A DNA stretch of 64,000 nt from an uncultured bacterium (GTDB lineage: Bacteria > Patescibacteriota > Dojkabacteria > J137). The notes beneath the pieces are model-generated. The model was not told the DNA's origin. It did not search any database and saw only the letters and a list, made by a program, of their open reading frames with translations. Both the position numbers and the translations under genes were made by a program. This document shows, one piece after another, positions 1 to 10,186 of the stretch. Location: assembly GCA_963700155.1 (NCBI GenBank), contig OY969472.1, forward strand, positions 381,511-445,510, written 5' to 3'. Every line of letters starts with the position of its first letter. Within the stretch, counting starts at the first letter, position 1.

Positions 1-888
1 TTCACCAGTATGCAAAGTATCTTTAAGTCCTGTTATCCAGAAAGGCTGAGATTCATGAACTTCTTCTATATTTTTTTGATTATGATCTAAATAGGCTCGA
101 ACTTTAAAAATCTGATCTTTATCAACTACATATTTTCTTCCATCCAAATTTCCAGATTTCAAAACTGCTAAAGCAACATTTCCGATCCTTTTATCCAAAT
201 TCGATTCTAAAACAAATGCTTCACCTAAAGTTCCAGGCTTTACAGCGCTTGGTTTAAGTTCATGAATCTCAGCCAACAATTGAATCCCCTCCAATAATTC
301 CCTTAAACCAGTCTTATTTTTTGCAGAAACTTCAAATGACAAAACATCTCCACCATATTCTTCAACTGCAACTCCATAACTTGATAGTTCAGTTTTTATT
401 TTTTGTAAATTAATTCCTTTTAAATCAACTTTATTAATTGCAACAATAATTGGAACATTATCTTTATGTGCAAACTCAATAGATTCTTTTGTTTGTGGCT
501 GAACTCCATCATCTGCAGCTACAACTAACAAAACAAAATCAGTAACTTTTGATCCTCTTTCTCTCATTTTCGAAAATGCTTCGTGTCCTGGAGTATCAAT
601 GAATGTAATTTTAAATCCGGAGTCTGTTACGACTTCATGAGCTCTAGTGTTTTGAGTAATTCCACCAGCTTCTTTTGCTGCGACACTAGTACCTCGAATT
701 GCATCTAGTAAAGAAGTCTTTCCATGATCAACATGTCCCATAACAGCAACAACCGGTGTTCGAACAACAGCACCCGTTGGATGCTGAGCTTCTACTTTTA
801 CAAGTTTATTTTCGGCTTTTGTTTTTAAAGTTTTAGTAACTGTTTTTTTTGTATTTTTTGCAGCTTTTGCTGCTGGCTTTTTTGGCAT
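1..888 (-). CDS. infB: Translation initiation factor IF-2, N-terminal part with GTPase domain; partial, C-terminal part lies beyond the window start
   Basis: Reverse translation from the ATG at 888 gives MPKKPAAKAAKNTKK...; the G1 motif AVMGHVDHGKTSLLD is present, and TPGHEAF and NKVDL GTPase motifs are readable. Confidence 0.85.
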   Translation of the reverse strand, partial: MPKKPAAKAAKNTKKTVTKTLKTKAENKLVKVEAQHPTGAVVRTPVVAVMGHVDHGKTSLLDAIRGTSVAAKEAGGITQNTRAHEVVTDSGFKITFIDTPGHEAFSKMRERGSKVTDFVLLVVAADDGVQPQTKESIEFAHKDNVPIIVAINKVDLKGINLQKIKTELSSYGVAVEEYGGDVLSFEVSAKNKTGLRELLEGIQLLAEIHELKPSAVKPGTLGEAFVLESNLDKRIGNVALAVLKSGNLDGRKYVVDKDQIFKVRAYLDHNQKNIEEVHESQPFWITGLKDTLHTGE

Positions 889-961
889 TTATATAACTCT
901 GTTAATAAAATTCGACTCAGAATTTTAACATAGAATCCCTAATTGTTATAGGAAGGAAGGA

Positions 962-1579
962 TTAGGCTTCGCGTTTGTTCAAGATATCATCAATGAAATC
1001 AATTATATACGCCCTAGCAGAATAATATCTTTTAACAAATTCACCTCTATAGCCCTGTGGTACATTTTTATTATCAAATGCCATTACTTCTATATCAATT
1101 TCACTTGTCTGTGTTAATCTTAATTTTAATTCTTCAAATAAACCTCTTTTTTGTAAATCTTTGTAATTTTCCTTAACTATTTTCTCCCTAAAAAATGGCA
1201 CCTTCCCAGAAATTATAGATGCTTCAGCATTCCCTTCGCTATCAATTGCCTCAATGAGATTAACTAAAATATTATTTAATGATGTGATCAATAATATTTC
1301 TGGGAAATATAGTACTTCTGCGCTTAATTCGTCGATTAGATTATCTGTATAAAAATGGTCTCTTGTTCCGCACATAACAAAATCTTCTAAATAACTTTGT
1401 AATTTTCTTAATAAATCCACTTCTTTTAAATCTGAACTCTCAGTTTTTAAATTTTTAAGATTATCTTCTAGTTCTTTGAAATCCACCGCTAAAGCGTCAA
1501 AATATTCTTGGCTAAATTCTGGAATTTCTAATACTCCTTTGATTTGTGTAACATCCATTTTTGAATTATTCATTTGCAA
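962..1579 (-). CDS. Hypothetical protein (205 aa), upstream of infB
   Basis: ORF track; no recognisable motif. It does not look like NusA. Confidence 0.45.
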   Translation of the reverse strand: MQMNNSKMDVTQIKGVLEIPEFSQEYFDALAVDFKELEDNLKNLKTESSDLKEVDLLRKLQSYLEDFVMCGTRDHFYTDNLIDELSAEVLYFPEILLITSLNNILVNLIEAIDSEGNAEASIISGKVPFFREKIVKENYKDLQKRGLFEELKLRLTQTSEIDIEVMAFDNKNVPQGYRGEFVKRYYSARAYIIDFIDDILNKREA

Positions 1580-1700
1580 TACTAAGATACTTATTTATGG
1601 ATTATACAATAAGAATTTAAGAAGTTAATAAAAAAACATAGATCTAACTTATGCTAGAATCTAGCTTGTTAACAATAACCTACTTCTTAAAAATTTAAAT

Positions 1701-2330
1701 ATGGATAAAATGCACAAACAAATACTTGCAGTTAAATCTAGTGATATACAAGAGATTTTAGATCAAGCTTTAGAAAACGGTGGATTTACTCCATTCACAA
1801 GCCCCGATCAATATCATGAATTATTATCAAACAGCATAATAAAAGAGCGAGGTCCTTTAGAAACAGACCCTTCATACAAACAAATTATTCCATATATGGT
1901 AGGAAAATTCGGAGATGAAATTTTATTTTATATTCGAACTGATAAAGGTGGAGATTCAAGGCTTCATAGAAAAATGTCTATCGGAGTCGGTGGACATATT
2001 GAGCCACAGGATCTTGGAGCAGGTGAAGCTATTGAGAAAGCGTTAAGACGAGAAGTAAAAGAAGAGCTACCTGACAATGAACTTATGGAATTAAATCCTT
2101 TAGGCTATATTTATATTGAAGGTGATGAAGTTGATGGAGTTCATATTGGTATTTTATTTGTTGGTAAACTAAAAAACAGAAGCATAGAAGGGGAAGAAGA
2201 AGAACTGGAAACCATTGACTTTGCTGGTCCCAATAGAATTTCTGAAATGATTGATACTAATGAGTTTGATGCTGAAAACTGGACAAAAGTTGCCTGGAAC
2301 AAAGCTAAAGATCTTATAATTGAAGGTTAA
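1701..2330 (+). CDS. NUDIX hydrolase
   Basis: Nudix-box-like GAGEAIEKALRREVKEEL (REVxEEL core). Confidence 0.65.
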   Translation: MDKMHKQILAVKSSDIQEILDQALENGGFTPFTSPDQYHELLSNSIIKERGPLETDPSYKQIIPYMVGKFGDEILFYIRTDKGGDSRLHRKMSIGVGGHIEPQDLGAGEAIEKALRREVKEELPDNELMELNPLGYIYIEGDEVDGVHIGILFVGKLKNRSIEGEEEELETIDFAGPNRISEMIDTNEFDAENWTKVAWNKAKDLIIEG

Positions 2331-4603
2331 ACATACTCAAGCAATAAAGCGAGGGATTTTGTCTCATAATTATTTTTTTGAACAAAATCCCTCGCACTCA
2401 TTTTCATTTTTTCTCGAAGCTCACTATCCTTTAACAACTTATCAACAGCATCTGCAATTGTTTCGGGTCTATTATCTTCAATCTTCATGACTTCATCTTC
2501 AAATTCTGTAAACTGAGTAATATCAGTAACGATAGCTGGATTTAACGAATTAATTCCTTTTCTTACTGCCCCACTAGCTGATTCACCAGCATCTGAATAA
2601 ACGAATAAATTTACATCTGTTGCCTGTAACACTAAATTAATAACTTCATCATCTAAAAAATCAGTAATAATTGCTGTATTTTCTTCAAGATTTTCTTGTT
2701 TAATTAAATCTTTAATCTGATCATAAATTCCCTGGGCAAAAATATTATTTGAACTAATTGCAGAAAGGCTTATAAAAAATATTGATGGATGCTTCTCTTT
2801 TAATATTTTTACAGCTTTAATAATTCGATCTATTCCTTTATTTCTATTCATTAATCCATGAGTTGCAATTACAGGATAATTTTCAGAGATTCCTAGCTTT
2901 TCACGAACCCTGTTTTTATTACTTCGCTTTAACTGCAAGATTGGATGTATAAATAGCTCAGCATTTTTCAAAGTTTGAGAAGCATATTCAAAATCCTTCT
3001 TATTATGAATAAATACTTTATCAGCAAGTTTTAATTCTTTACATTCTTTAATAAAATCAAAATTATCTCCTCTAACTGCATGCAAAGTTACATAAACTTC
3101 AATATTTCTATTCTTTAATTCTTGAATTAATCCACATAAACTCTCAGGAGAAAACATTGCTCCAGAATGATATTGAATATGAATCAAATCAATTGGATTT
3201 TTATCAAGCCAGCTTTTTAATAAATTAAAATCTTTCTCGCCAGTATGCCATAGTCTTAAGACATTTAAATCATCTTTTCTTTGTCTATCAGCCAAATCAA
3301 TATTTCCAAAATAATAAAAAGATTTGAATGAGTTTTCTATTTTTGAATAAAGATCAAAAGTATAATCTGCAATTCCTGTTTCATCATTAACAAAAGAAAT
3401 AACAGCAGCATTTTTATTTTTTAATTCCACAGTTTTTTCAAGCGACTTTATAAAATCTAAAGCTAGTTTTGCTGAATTATCCCAAGTAATCTTCTCTGCC
3501 CGCTCTTTAGCTATCAAAATTTTCTGATCCCTTTCCTCACTTATCTGATCACCAATTTCTATTTCATATAATTCTCGCATTAATTTTTGAAGATGTTCCT
3601 GATCAGGTTCAGCCCATTTTGCTCCAATATTTGCGAATTCTGAATCACTTGCATATTCAAGCTTATAATCAATCATATATGCAGAATCTTCATCACAGAA
3701 ATCTAAATATCCGCTATAATTTGTAGCTATAATTGGAACTTCGTTATACATACTTTCCAAAATAGGAAGACCAAAACCTTCAGCACGAGAAGGATATACT
3801 CCACAGTCAGATTGCTGTATTAAACTTGTTAACTCTTCTTCTGTTAAATCTGGATTATTAATATGGATAACTTCGGGTGAATTTTCAGTACTAAGTTCGT
3901 TCAATAATTGATCAACTGTATTGTCAGGACCTGGAAAGCTTTTTATTATCAAAGTTACATCATCTTTGCTGGTAAATTCTTCAAAATATGCTTTTAAAAG
4001 TACATCAACTCCCTTTCGTTTTTTAGCTGTTGAGATATGAAGGAATTTAAAAGATTTATCAGTTTCAATCGGATATTGTTTTTGAGGCGGCAACTTCATT
4101 TTGTCATCCATTGCGTTTGGAACAACAGTTATCGGGACTTTAACACCTGAGTCTCTCAAAATCCCCCGGACAAATGAAGTTGCCGCCATCACTCCATGCA
4201 AATTTTCATTAATTTCATCCACCCATTGGCTTGGATAAACCGATTCTTCCCAAGCAATATACATAATTTTTATTAATCCGGCTAAATCTTTCAATCCATG
4301 GCTGCTGTCTAAAGTCTTTGGGAAGTTATTATAAATCACAACGTTTGGTTCAAGAGATTTATTATCAACGAGTTTTTTTAACTCTGGTTTACTTTTTAAT
4401 TCAACTTCTGTTGGTTGATAGTCAATTTTTTCAGGATCACAATATAAGCTTATTTTATATTCATCTTGAACTTTATCGAGACCAAAAGCTAAACCACGAT
4501 TGACTCGAGCGTAACTGTAATTTGAAAAATATGGACCGTAAACCTGAATTTTTTTCATTAGAAAATTACTTACCAAAAATAATCTCAGAAATTTTATCCC
4601 CAA
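2327..4603 (-). CDS. Two-domain glycosyltransferase (tandem GT4/GT1-like modules)
   Basis: 758 aa. It contains EGFGLPILESM (GT4 E-x7-E type motif) and a second C-terminal GT-B-like module. Confidence 0.7.
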   Translation of the reverse strand: MGIKFLRLFLVSNFLMKKIQVYGPYFSNYSYARVNRGLAFGLDKVQDEYKISLYCDPEKIDYQPTEVELKSKPELKKLVDNKSLEPNVVIYNNFPKTLDSSHGLKDLAGLIKIMYIAWEESVYPSQWVDEINENLHGVMAATSFVRGILRDSGVKVPITVVPNAMDDKMKLPPQKQYPIETDKSFKFLHISTAKKRKGVDVLLKAYFEEFTSKDDVTLIIKSFPGPDNTVDQLLNELSTENSPEVIHINNPDLTEEELTSLIQQSDCGVYPSRAEGFGLPILESMYNEVPIIATNYSGYLDFCDEDSAYMIDYKLEYASDSEFANIGAKWAEPDQEHLQKLMRELYEIEIGDQISEERDQKILIAKERAEKITWDNSAKLALDFIKSLEKTVELKNKNAAVISFVNDETGIADYTFDLYSKIENSFKSFYYFGNIDLADRQRKDDLNVLRLWHTGEKDFNLLKSWLDKNPIDLIHIQYHSGAMFSPESLCGLIQELKNRNIEVYVTLHAVRGDNFDFIKECKELKLADKVFIHNKKDFEYASQTLKNAELFIHPILQLKRSNKNRVREKLGISENYPVIATHGLMNRNKGIDRIIKAVKILKEKHPSIFFISLSAISSNNIFAQGIYDQIKDLIKQENLEENTAIITDFLDDEVINLVLQATDVNLFVYSDAGESASGAVRKGINSLNPAIVTDITQFTEFEDEVMKIEDNRPETIADAVDKLLKDSELREKMKMSARDFVQKNNYETKSLALLLEYV

Positions 4604-5336
4604 TAAGCAAAGTTACATTTCTAAACCTTTTATCATAAGAATGATAAAGTTTAAAATTTATCCCATAATCCTCCATTTCTGACTTCTTTATTAACCCTAT
4701 TATTGATTCATCTGTGGGAGCTAGATCATCAACAAAAGATTTTACAGCTTCTATTGGGAATCCTGACAATATTCCAGTTAAAATATCTCTTCTCCTTTTA
4801 TCATCAGTATTTCCTTCGCCAAAATTCCAGATATCGATTTCATTCATCCAAGCCAAAACGGATTCTTTATCTAAATTTGGTATCTTAATTTCATTAAGCT
4901 CGAGATATTCTCTAACAACTGGACTAGATAAAGTATATATTATTGCATTAATATTTATTAAACAATAAAATTTATTTGCTTTAGTAGATTTTTCTAGCAG
5001 AATAAAATTACCCTCACCGTATTGATTTAATAAATCAATTAGTTCATCCTTAATATTTATTGTTGATTTATCTATGTTTGTAGTAGGTGTAAATCCTGAA
5101 AAGGCATGGAGAATTGAAGTTTTCATAAAATGCTCTTGAACTGTTGCTTTAAAATGTTCAGTACTATGATCATATATATTTTTAAGAACCCTTAGTGACT
5201 GTTCCAAAAGCTTACATCTATCAAGTGTCATTATCTCTAAAAGCTCTTTTTTATGATTTTTAAAAAAGTTGTCACTCCAAAACTCATCCCCAAAAAAGTT
5301 TTCAAGATATTTATCTGCATCTTCTATCTTATCCAT
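4566..5336 (-). CDS. Hypothetical protein (256 aa)
   Basis: ORF track. Its ATG overlaps (TAATG) the stop of an upstream yraN 3' fragment (see repeat 5334-5442). Confidence 0.45.
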   Translation of the reverse strand: MDKIEDADKYLENFFGDEFWSDNFFKNHKKELLEIMTLDRCKLLEQSLRVLKNIYDHSTEHFKATVQEHFMKTSILHAFSGFTPTTNIDKSTINIKDELIDLLNQYGEGNFILLEKSTKANKFYCLININAIIYTLSSPVVREYLELNEIKIPNLDKESVLAWMNEIDIWNFGEGNTDDKRRRDILTGILSGFPIEAVKSFVDDLAPTDESIIGLIKKSEMEDYGINFKLYHSYDKRFRNVTLLIGDKISEIIFGK

Positions 5337-5442
5337 TAATTTAAATCAATAAACTTAAAGTGTTCGATACTGAACTTGTTTTCATTATCATACACTATCC
5401 CCACAAAATCCAGCCTCCAGGGCGTTTCAAGTTTATTATTTT
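5334..5442. repeat. 109-bp direct repeat copy A, containing a yraN 3'-end pseudo-fragment (encodes ...RLDFVGIVYDNENKFSIEHFKFIDLN*)
   Basis: 96% identical (4 mismatches) to 8429-8537, in the same orientation. Confidence 0.9.
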
Positions 5443-5649
5443 CCCATAATCTTAATTTAAGACATTATCTTTTAAAAATATTATGGAGAAAATAATTAAA
5501 ACATGTTGTTACAAATTATGCTTACACACTATCTGTTAGTATAATCGAGTTTCAAGGATTGCCAAGTAACATGTCTTCAACTCTTTTGCAAAATATTATA
5601 TACTATATTAGCAACTTCCTCAGTAAATATTTATAACTAAGATTAAATT

Positions 5650-7986
5650 TTGACAGTAATTCAAAAACAAGCTCATAATGTTACTCATACAAGTGACAAA
5701 AACTTAACACCAGCAAAAAAAGCTCAATATGATCTTGAGACGTCTGAATTACGCTATCGAAGGTTGTTTGAAACCGCACAAGATGGGATTTTACTTATAG
5801 ATTTTGATACAGGGATGATCCTTGATGCCAACAAGTTCTTAATTGACTTGTTAGGTTATTCTAAGAAAGACTTTTTAGAAAAACATCTTTGGGAAATTGG
5901 CATTTTTAAAGATATTGCTGCTTCTAAGGAAAATTTTTCAACACTTCAGAAGAAAAGATATGTTCGCTTTGAAGATTTGCCCCTTGAAACAAAAAGTGGA
6001 GGTAAAATTTATGTTGAATTTGTAGCTAACGCTTATCAGGTTGATGGGGAAACGATAATTCAATGCAATGTGCGAGATATTACAGACCGTAAAAAAGCAG
6101 AAATATTACTTAAGGAAAATCAAGAAATGCTTAACGAGTCCCAGAGAATAGCTGGGTTGGGAACTTATGTACTTGATATCCCAGCTGATCACTGGGAAAG
6201 TTCTAAAGTTCTTGATACTTTGTTTGGTACAGACAAATCATATAATACTACAACTTCTGGTTGGACAAATCTTATTCATCCTGATGATAGAAAAATGATG
6301 ACAACTTATTTTAACAATGAAGTTATCGAAAAAAGGAAGTCATTTGATAAAATATATCGAATTGTTCGGCATAATGATCATGCAGTTCGATGGGTACATG
6401 GATTAGGTAGATTAGTATTCAACTCTCAAAATAACCCAATAAAAATGATTGGAACAATTCAGGATATTACCAAGCAAAAACTAGCTGAACAAGCTTTAAA
6501 AGAAAGTGAGGATAAGTTTTCCAGGATCTTTGAAAGTTCTCCCTATGCAGTTGTAATTACCAATATTGAGGATGGAAAGTTTATAAATGTTAACAAAGCA
6601 TTTACAACTATATCTGGAGTCAGCCGTGAAGAAGCACTCGAGAGTACAACACTAGATTTGGGAATTTGGGCGAATAAAGAAGATCGAACTCGTGTGCTGA
6701 AAGAACTTAAAACAAAAGGATCTTTAGATAATGTGGAATTTCCATTCAAGACAAAGACTCATGGTTTACTTACTGGGCTTTACTCTGCTCGACTAATCGA
6801 AATTAATGGTAAAACTCATATTTTATCTAGTATTGCTAATATAAGTGATCTTAAACACGCACAGGAGGAAATTGAAGATTTAGAAAAAAGGAATGAAGCA
6901 ACATTATCTTCCATAGGGGACGCAGTATTTTCATGTGATAAGAATGGGAAGATTCTGGTTTTTAATCGAGTTGCCGAAAAGTTAACTGGGATTTCTGCTC
7001 CACTTGCAATAGGTCGCAGATACGATAAAGTAATTACATTTGTAAATGAAGTAGATGAAAAACCTGTAGGGGACTTTGTCTCTGATATATTAAAACGGAA
7101 TAAGGCCATTAAAAAGCTAAGTCATACATTATTGATAACTAAGAGAGGGGAGAAGATTCCTGTTGCCAACTCTATCGCCCCTGTCAAACGTCCATCAGGA
7201 GAGGTTGTTGGCTGTGTTGTTTCTTTCCGAGATATAAATATGGAACGAGAAATAGATAGAGCTAAGACTGAATTTGTTTCAATTGCCTCACACCAGCTCC
7301 GAACACCTCTTACAGCAGTCAGTTGGTACTGCGAAATGTTACTTACTGATAAAAGTGGTGAACTTAATAGCAAACAAAAGATTTATGCAACAGAAGCTTA
7401 TAAAGCAAACAGAAGGATGTCTTCTCTACTTGACGCACTTTTAAATGTTTCAAGATTAGATATGGGAACTTTTATGGTTGAACCTAAACTAACAGATATT
7501 AAAAAAGTTGTAAAAAACTCAATAAAAGACCTTAACCCATTAATAAGTAAAAAGAAAATTAAACTGATAGAAATGTATGATGAGAAGATTGATAAAGTTA
7601 AAATTGATCCTGCTCTTTTATCCATTGTTATTCAAAATCTTCTCAGTAATTCTGTGAAATACACTAAGGTTGGAGGTAAGATTAATTTAATTACTGATAA
7701 AAAAGATAAGGATATGATTATTTCGGTAGAAGATAATGGTATAGGTATTCCTCAAGATCAACAATCAAGAGTTTTTTCTAAACTCTTTAGAGCAGATAAT
7801 GTTATGCAGGTTGATCCTAATGGAACTGGTTTAGGGCTTTATATTGTAAAATCAATTCTTGATCGCTCAGGTGGGAAAATTTGGTTTGAATCTAAAGAAG
7901 ATAAAGGAACCAAATTTACAATTTCTTTACCGTTAAGCGGTATGATCAAAAAGAAAGGTACAAAACAACTAATACAAAATGAATAA
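5650..7986 (+). CDS. Multi-PAS sensor histidine kinase (HisKA + HATPase_c)
   Basis: Several PAS-like repeats; H-box SHQLRTPLTAV; ATPase motifs DNGIGIP and GTGLGL. The TTG start at 5650 is uncertain. Confidence 0.85.
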   Translation: MTVIQKQAHNVTHTSDKNLTPAKKAQYDLETSELRYRRLFETAQDGILLIDFDTGMILDANKFLIDLLGYSKKDFLEKHLWEIGIFKDIAASKENFSTLQKKRYVRFEDLPLETKSGGKIYVEFVANAYQVDGETIIQCNVRDITDRKKAEILLKENQEMLNESQRIAGLGTYVLDIPADHWESSKVLDTLFGTDKSYNTTTSGWTNLIHPDDRKMMTTYFNNEVIEKRKSFDKIYRIVRHNDHAVRWVHGLGRLVFNSQNNPIKMIGTIQDITKQKLAEQALKESEDKFSRIFESSPYAVVITNIEDGKFINVNKAFTTISGVSREEALESTTLDLGIWANKEDRTRVLKELKTKGSLDNVEFPFKTKTHGLLTGLYSARLIEINGKTHILSSIANISDLKHAQEEIEDLEKRNEATLSSIGDAVFSCDKNGKILVFNRVAEKLTGISAPLAIGRRYDKVITFVNEVDEKPVGDFVSDILKRNKAIKKLSHTLLITKRGEKIPVANSIAPVKRPSGEVVGCVVSFRDINMEREIDRAKTEFVSIASHQLRTPLTAVSWYCEMLLTDKSGELNSKQKIYATEAYKANRRMSSLLDALLNVSRLDMGTFMVEPKLTDIKKVVKNSIKDLNPLISKKKIKLIEMYDEKIDKVKIDPALLSIVIQNLLSNSVKYTKVGGKINLITDKKDKDMIISVEDNGIGIPQDQQSRVFSKLFRADNVMQVDPNGTGLGLYIVKSILDRSGGKIWFESKEDKGTKFTISLPLSGMIKKKGTKQLIQNE

Positions 7987-8383
7987 AAAAATTTTAATAA
8001 TTGAAGATGATCTTCCTCTTTTAAATGTTCTAGATGAAAAGATCAGTGGTTCAGGTATTGAAGTTCTAAGGTCTACAAATGGGAAAGAAGGCTTAGAGTC
8101 AGCAATAAGAAATCATCCGGATTTAATTTTACTTGATATCGTTATGCCAATTATGGATGGTATGATGGTTCTTGAGAAATTAAGAGATGATAAGTGGGGA
8201 AAAACAGCTAAAGTAATACTTTTAACAAATCTTTTGGATACAGAAAAAGTTATAGAATCACGATCTAAAGGAGTTCGTGATTATCTTTTAAAAGCTGACT
8301 ATACTCTTGATGATATTGTTAAAATGGTAAAAAGAAGACTTAAGATCCGTAAAAAAACTAGTACAAATGATTTCACTAAGTAA
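7979..8383 (+). CDS. Single-domain response regulator (CheY-like receiver)
   Basis: ILIIEDD...LILLDIVMP...K motif set. It overlaps the histidine kinase stop by 8 nt, so the two are an operon. Confidence 0.85.
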   Translation: MNKKILIIEDDLPLLNVLDEKISGSGIEVLRSTNGKEGLESAIRNHPDLILLDIVMPIMDGMMVLEKLRDDKWGKTAKVILLTNLLDTEKVIESRSKGVRDYLLKADYTLDDIVKMVKRRLKIRKKTSTNDFTK

Positions 8384-8428
8384 TTATACTATTAGATTTT
8401 GGAATTAGTTTCCTATTTGGAACTTTTT

Positions 8429-8537
8429 CATTAATTTAAATCAATAAACTTAAAGTGTTCGATACTGAACTTGTTTTCATTATCATACACTATCCCCACA
8501 AAATCCAGCCTCCAAGGAACTTCAAGTTTATTATTTT
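8429..8537. repeat. 109-bp direct repeat copy B (the genuine 3' end of yraN)
   Basis: Matches 5334-5442. Confidence 0.9.
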
Positions 8538-8790
8538 TAAGAAGCCATTTATTTATTGTATTTTTGAGCCTATGTTTTTTAGTTTTTGAAAGTGTTTCGT
8601 AGATTGTGATTACTGCATCTGATCCAAGACTTTTAACTTCAATAAAGACAATAAATTCTTGATCTTGCATAATAAGATCAATTTCTCCGCCTTTAAAGAA
8701 GGAGTTTTTGCTCATAAATTTATATCCATTTTGTTGCAAAAACTCCGCAGCAATTTCTTCTGATTTTCTTCCTTTAGATCGTGTGTCCAT
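8431..8790 (-). CDS. yraN: YraN-family (UPF0102) endonuclease
   Basis: GEIDLI...EVK motif; 119 aa. Confidence 0.75.
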   Translation of the reverse strand: MDTRSKGRKSEEIAAEFLQQNGYKFMSKNSFFKGGEIDLIMQDQEFIVFIEVKSLGSDAVITIYETLSKTKKHRLKNTINKWLLKNNKLEVPWRLDFVGIVYDNENKFSIEHFKFIDLN

Positions 8791-8883
8791 TGGCAGATTA
8801 TAACAGGATATCTTAATTCATTAATATTGTAAGCAATAAAACAATAATGTAGAATTCACTATCTATCTATTACATTATTTCCT

Positions 8884-9366
8884 ATGACACCTGAACTAAA
8901 TAAATCTTCTATAGAGAATATTGAAGAATATAAAAGTAAACTTATGCAATTTGCTGATGAATTGGATAGACTTTCAGATACAAACGTTGATGCAGCAACA
9001 GTGGCTAAAATATTGTATGGAGAACCTGCTATAGTAACATTAATCCCAATTATTTTGGCCATGGGAGGAATTCCATTATCAATGTTCTCTGAAGAACTAA
9101 AAGGTTTTATATTAGAAAATGGAGTAAAGGTAGGAGAAGCATCTCTTTTTATAGTTATATCTCAATTGCTGACTCTGCATGAATTATCAGATAAAGACAT
9201 AACATTGACTGAGAATCTGAACAAAGGTGTTAATGATACTTTTGGTAATAGTGCTATAAAAACTAACGCTGATGATTATAAAGATTTGAAAAACTTAAAG
9301 TTGAGTACTTTTGTTTTACCAAAATTAGCATCTGTTGTCAGAAGATTAGCCTTATCATTAAAATAA
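8884..9366 (+). CDS. Hypothetical protein with a central hydrophobic segment
   Basis: ORF track only. Confidence 0.4.
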   Translation: MTPELNKSSIENIEEYKSKLMQFADELDRLSDTNVDAATVAKILYGEPAIVTLIPIILAMGGIPLSMFSEELKGFILENGVKVGEASLFIVISQLLTLHELSDKDITLTENLNKGVNDTFGNSAIKTNADDYKDLKNLKLSTFVLPKLASVVRRLALSLK

Positions 9367-9387
9367 TATACTTTTTAAATTTCTTCT

Positions 9388-9783
9388 ATGAGTTTTCAAA
9401 CAAATATTTTATCTAAAACTGCAGAGAATGATTTCTTCAGGCAAGTATTGTTCACAGGAAGTAAAAGTCAGCTGGTTGTTATGAGCATTGAACCAGGTGG
9501 AGAAATTGGGGAAGAAACTCATGAACATGTTGAGCAAGTTCTTTTCAATCTTTCAGGAACCGGTAAAGTTGTTTTAGATGGAGTCGAAAGTGAGTTTGAT
9601 CCAGGGGACGTAGTTGTAGTAACTCCAGGTACAAAGCATAATTTTATAAATACAGGAACAGAGAAATTAAAAATTTATACTATCTATGCTCCACCTAATC
9701 ACATTGATGGTAGAGTTCATAAAACTAAGGCTGATGCTGAAGCAGATGTTGACGATGAAGAATTCGGGCATAAGGTGGAGTAA
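9388..9783 (+). CDS. Cupin-domain protein
   Basis: Cupin motifs GGEIGEETHEHVEQVL and GDVVVVTPGTKHNFINTG. Confidence 0.7.
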   Translation: MSFQTNILSKTAENDFFRQVLFTGSKSQLVVMSIEPGGEIGEETHEHVEQVLFNLSGTGKVVLDGVESEFDPGDVVVVTPGTKHNFINTGTEKLKIYTIYAPPNHIDGRVHKTKADAEADVDDEEFGHKVE

Positions 9784-9787
9784 AATA

Positions 9788-10186
9788 TTATCCTAAAAGC
9801 AAATTCCCGTTAATACTCACTGATTTATATTTTAATAAATGTTTGTCATAAGTAATGATTTTCATTTTATTTTTTTTAGCAAGATAATATAGATGTGCAT
9901 CATCAAAATCCAAATTCTTCTTTATAGTAATAGCATAAATATCAACCAGCTCTTCATTAGTAATTTGAATAACTTTACATTTTTTAAGTAATAAACTAAT
10001 AAAAACCTCGAGTTTTTCTAATTCAATATGTTTTCTGTACGCTACAAGGAATAAACTTTTTAATGAAAAATCAGTTATATATAAGTTTCCTAAGTTATTG
10101 AGAATATCCGCAGAATTCATTGCATTATTTTGTGCAAGAATAATCTCAAGGGGAATATTTGTGTCTATTAAATATTGGGTTTCCAT
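9788..10186 (-). CDS. PIN-domain toxin (VapC-like)
   Basis: LIDTNI start and DFDDAHLYYLA...IITYD acidic residues. It overlaps the upstream antitoxin by 19 nt. Confidence 0.65.
   Translation of the reverse strand: METQYLIDTNIPLEIILAQNNAMNSADILNNLGNLYITDFSLKSLFLVAYRKHIELEKLEVFISLLLKKCKVIQITNEELVDIYAITIKKNLDFDDAHLYYLAKKNKMKIITYDKHLLKYKSVSINGNLLLG

Noticed and set aside
5586-5649. Attempted sigma70-type promoter assignment upstream of the histidine kinase (TTGCAA ... TATATT)
   Set aside because: The spacing between the candidate -35 and -10 hexamers does not fit 16-18 bp, and the histidine kinase start (TTG at 5650) is itself uncertain.
6543-7625. Four minus-strand ORFs (68-97 aa) inside the histidine kinase gene
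   Set aside because: They are antisense to a well-supported long CDS with clear kinase motifs, and their low-complexity translations are typical of spurious antisense ORFs in AT-rich DNA.
8859-9062. Minus-strand 67-aa ORF overlapping the start of gene 8884-9366
   Set aside because: It is antisense to and overlaps a longer ORF, has no motif, and is likely spurious.
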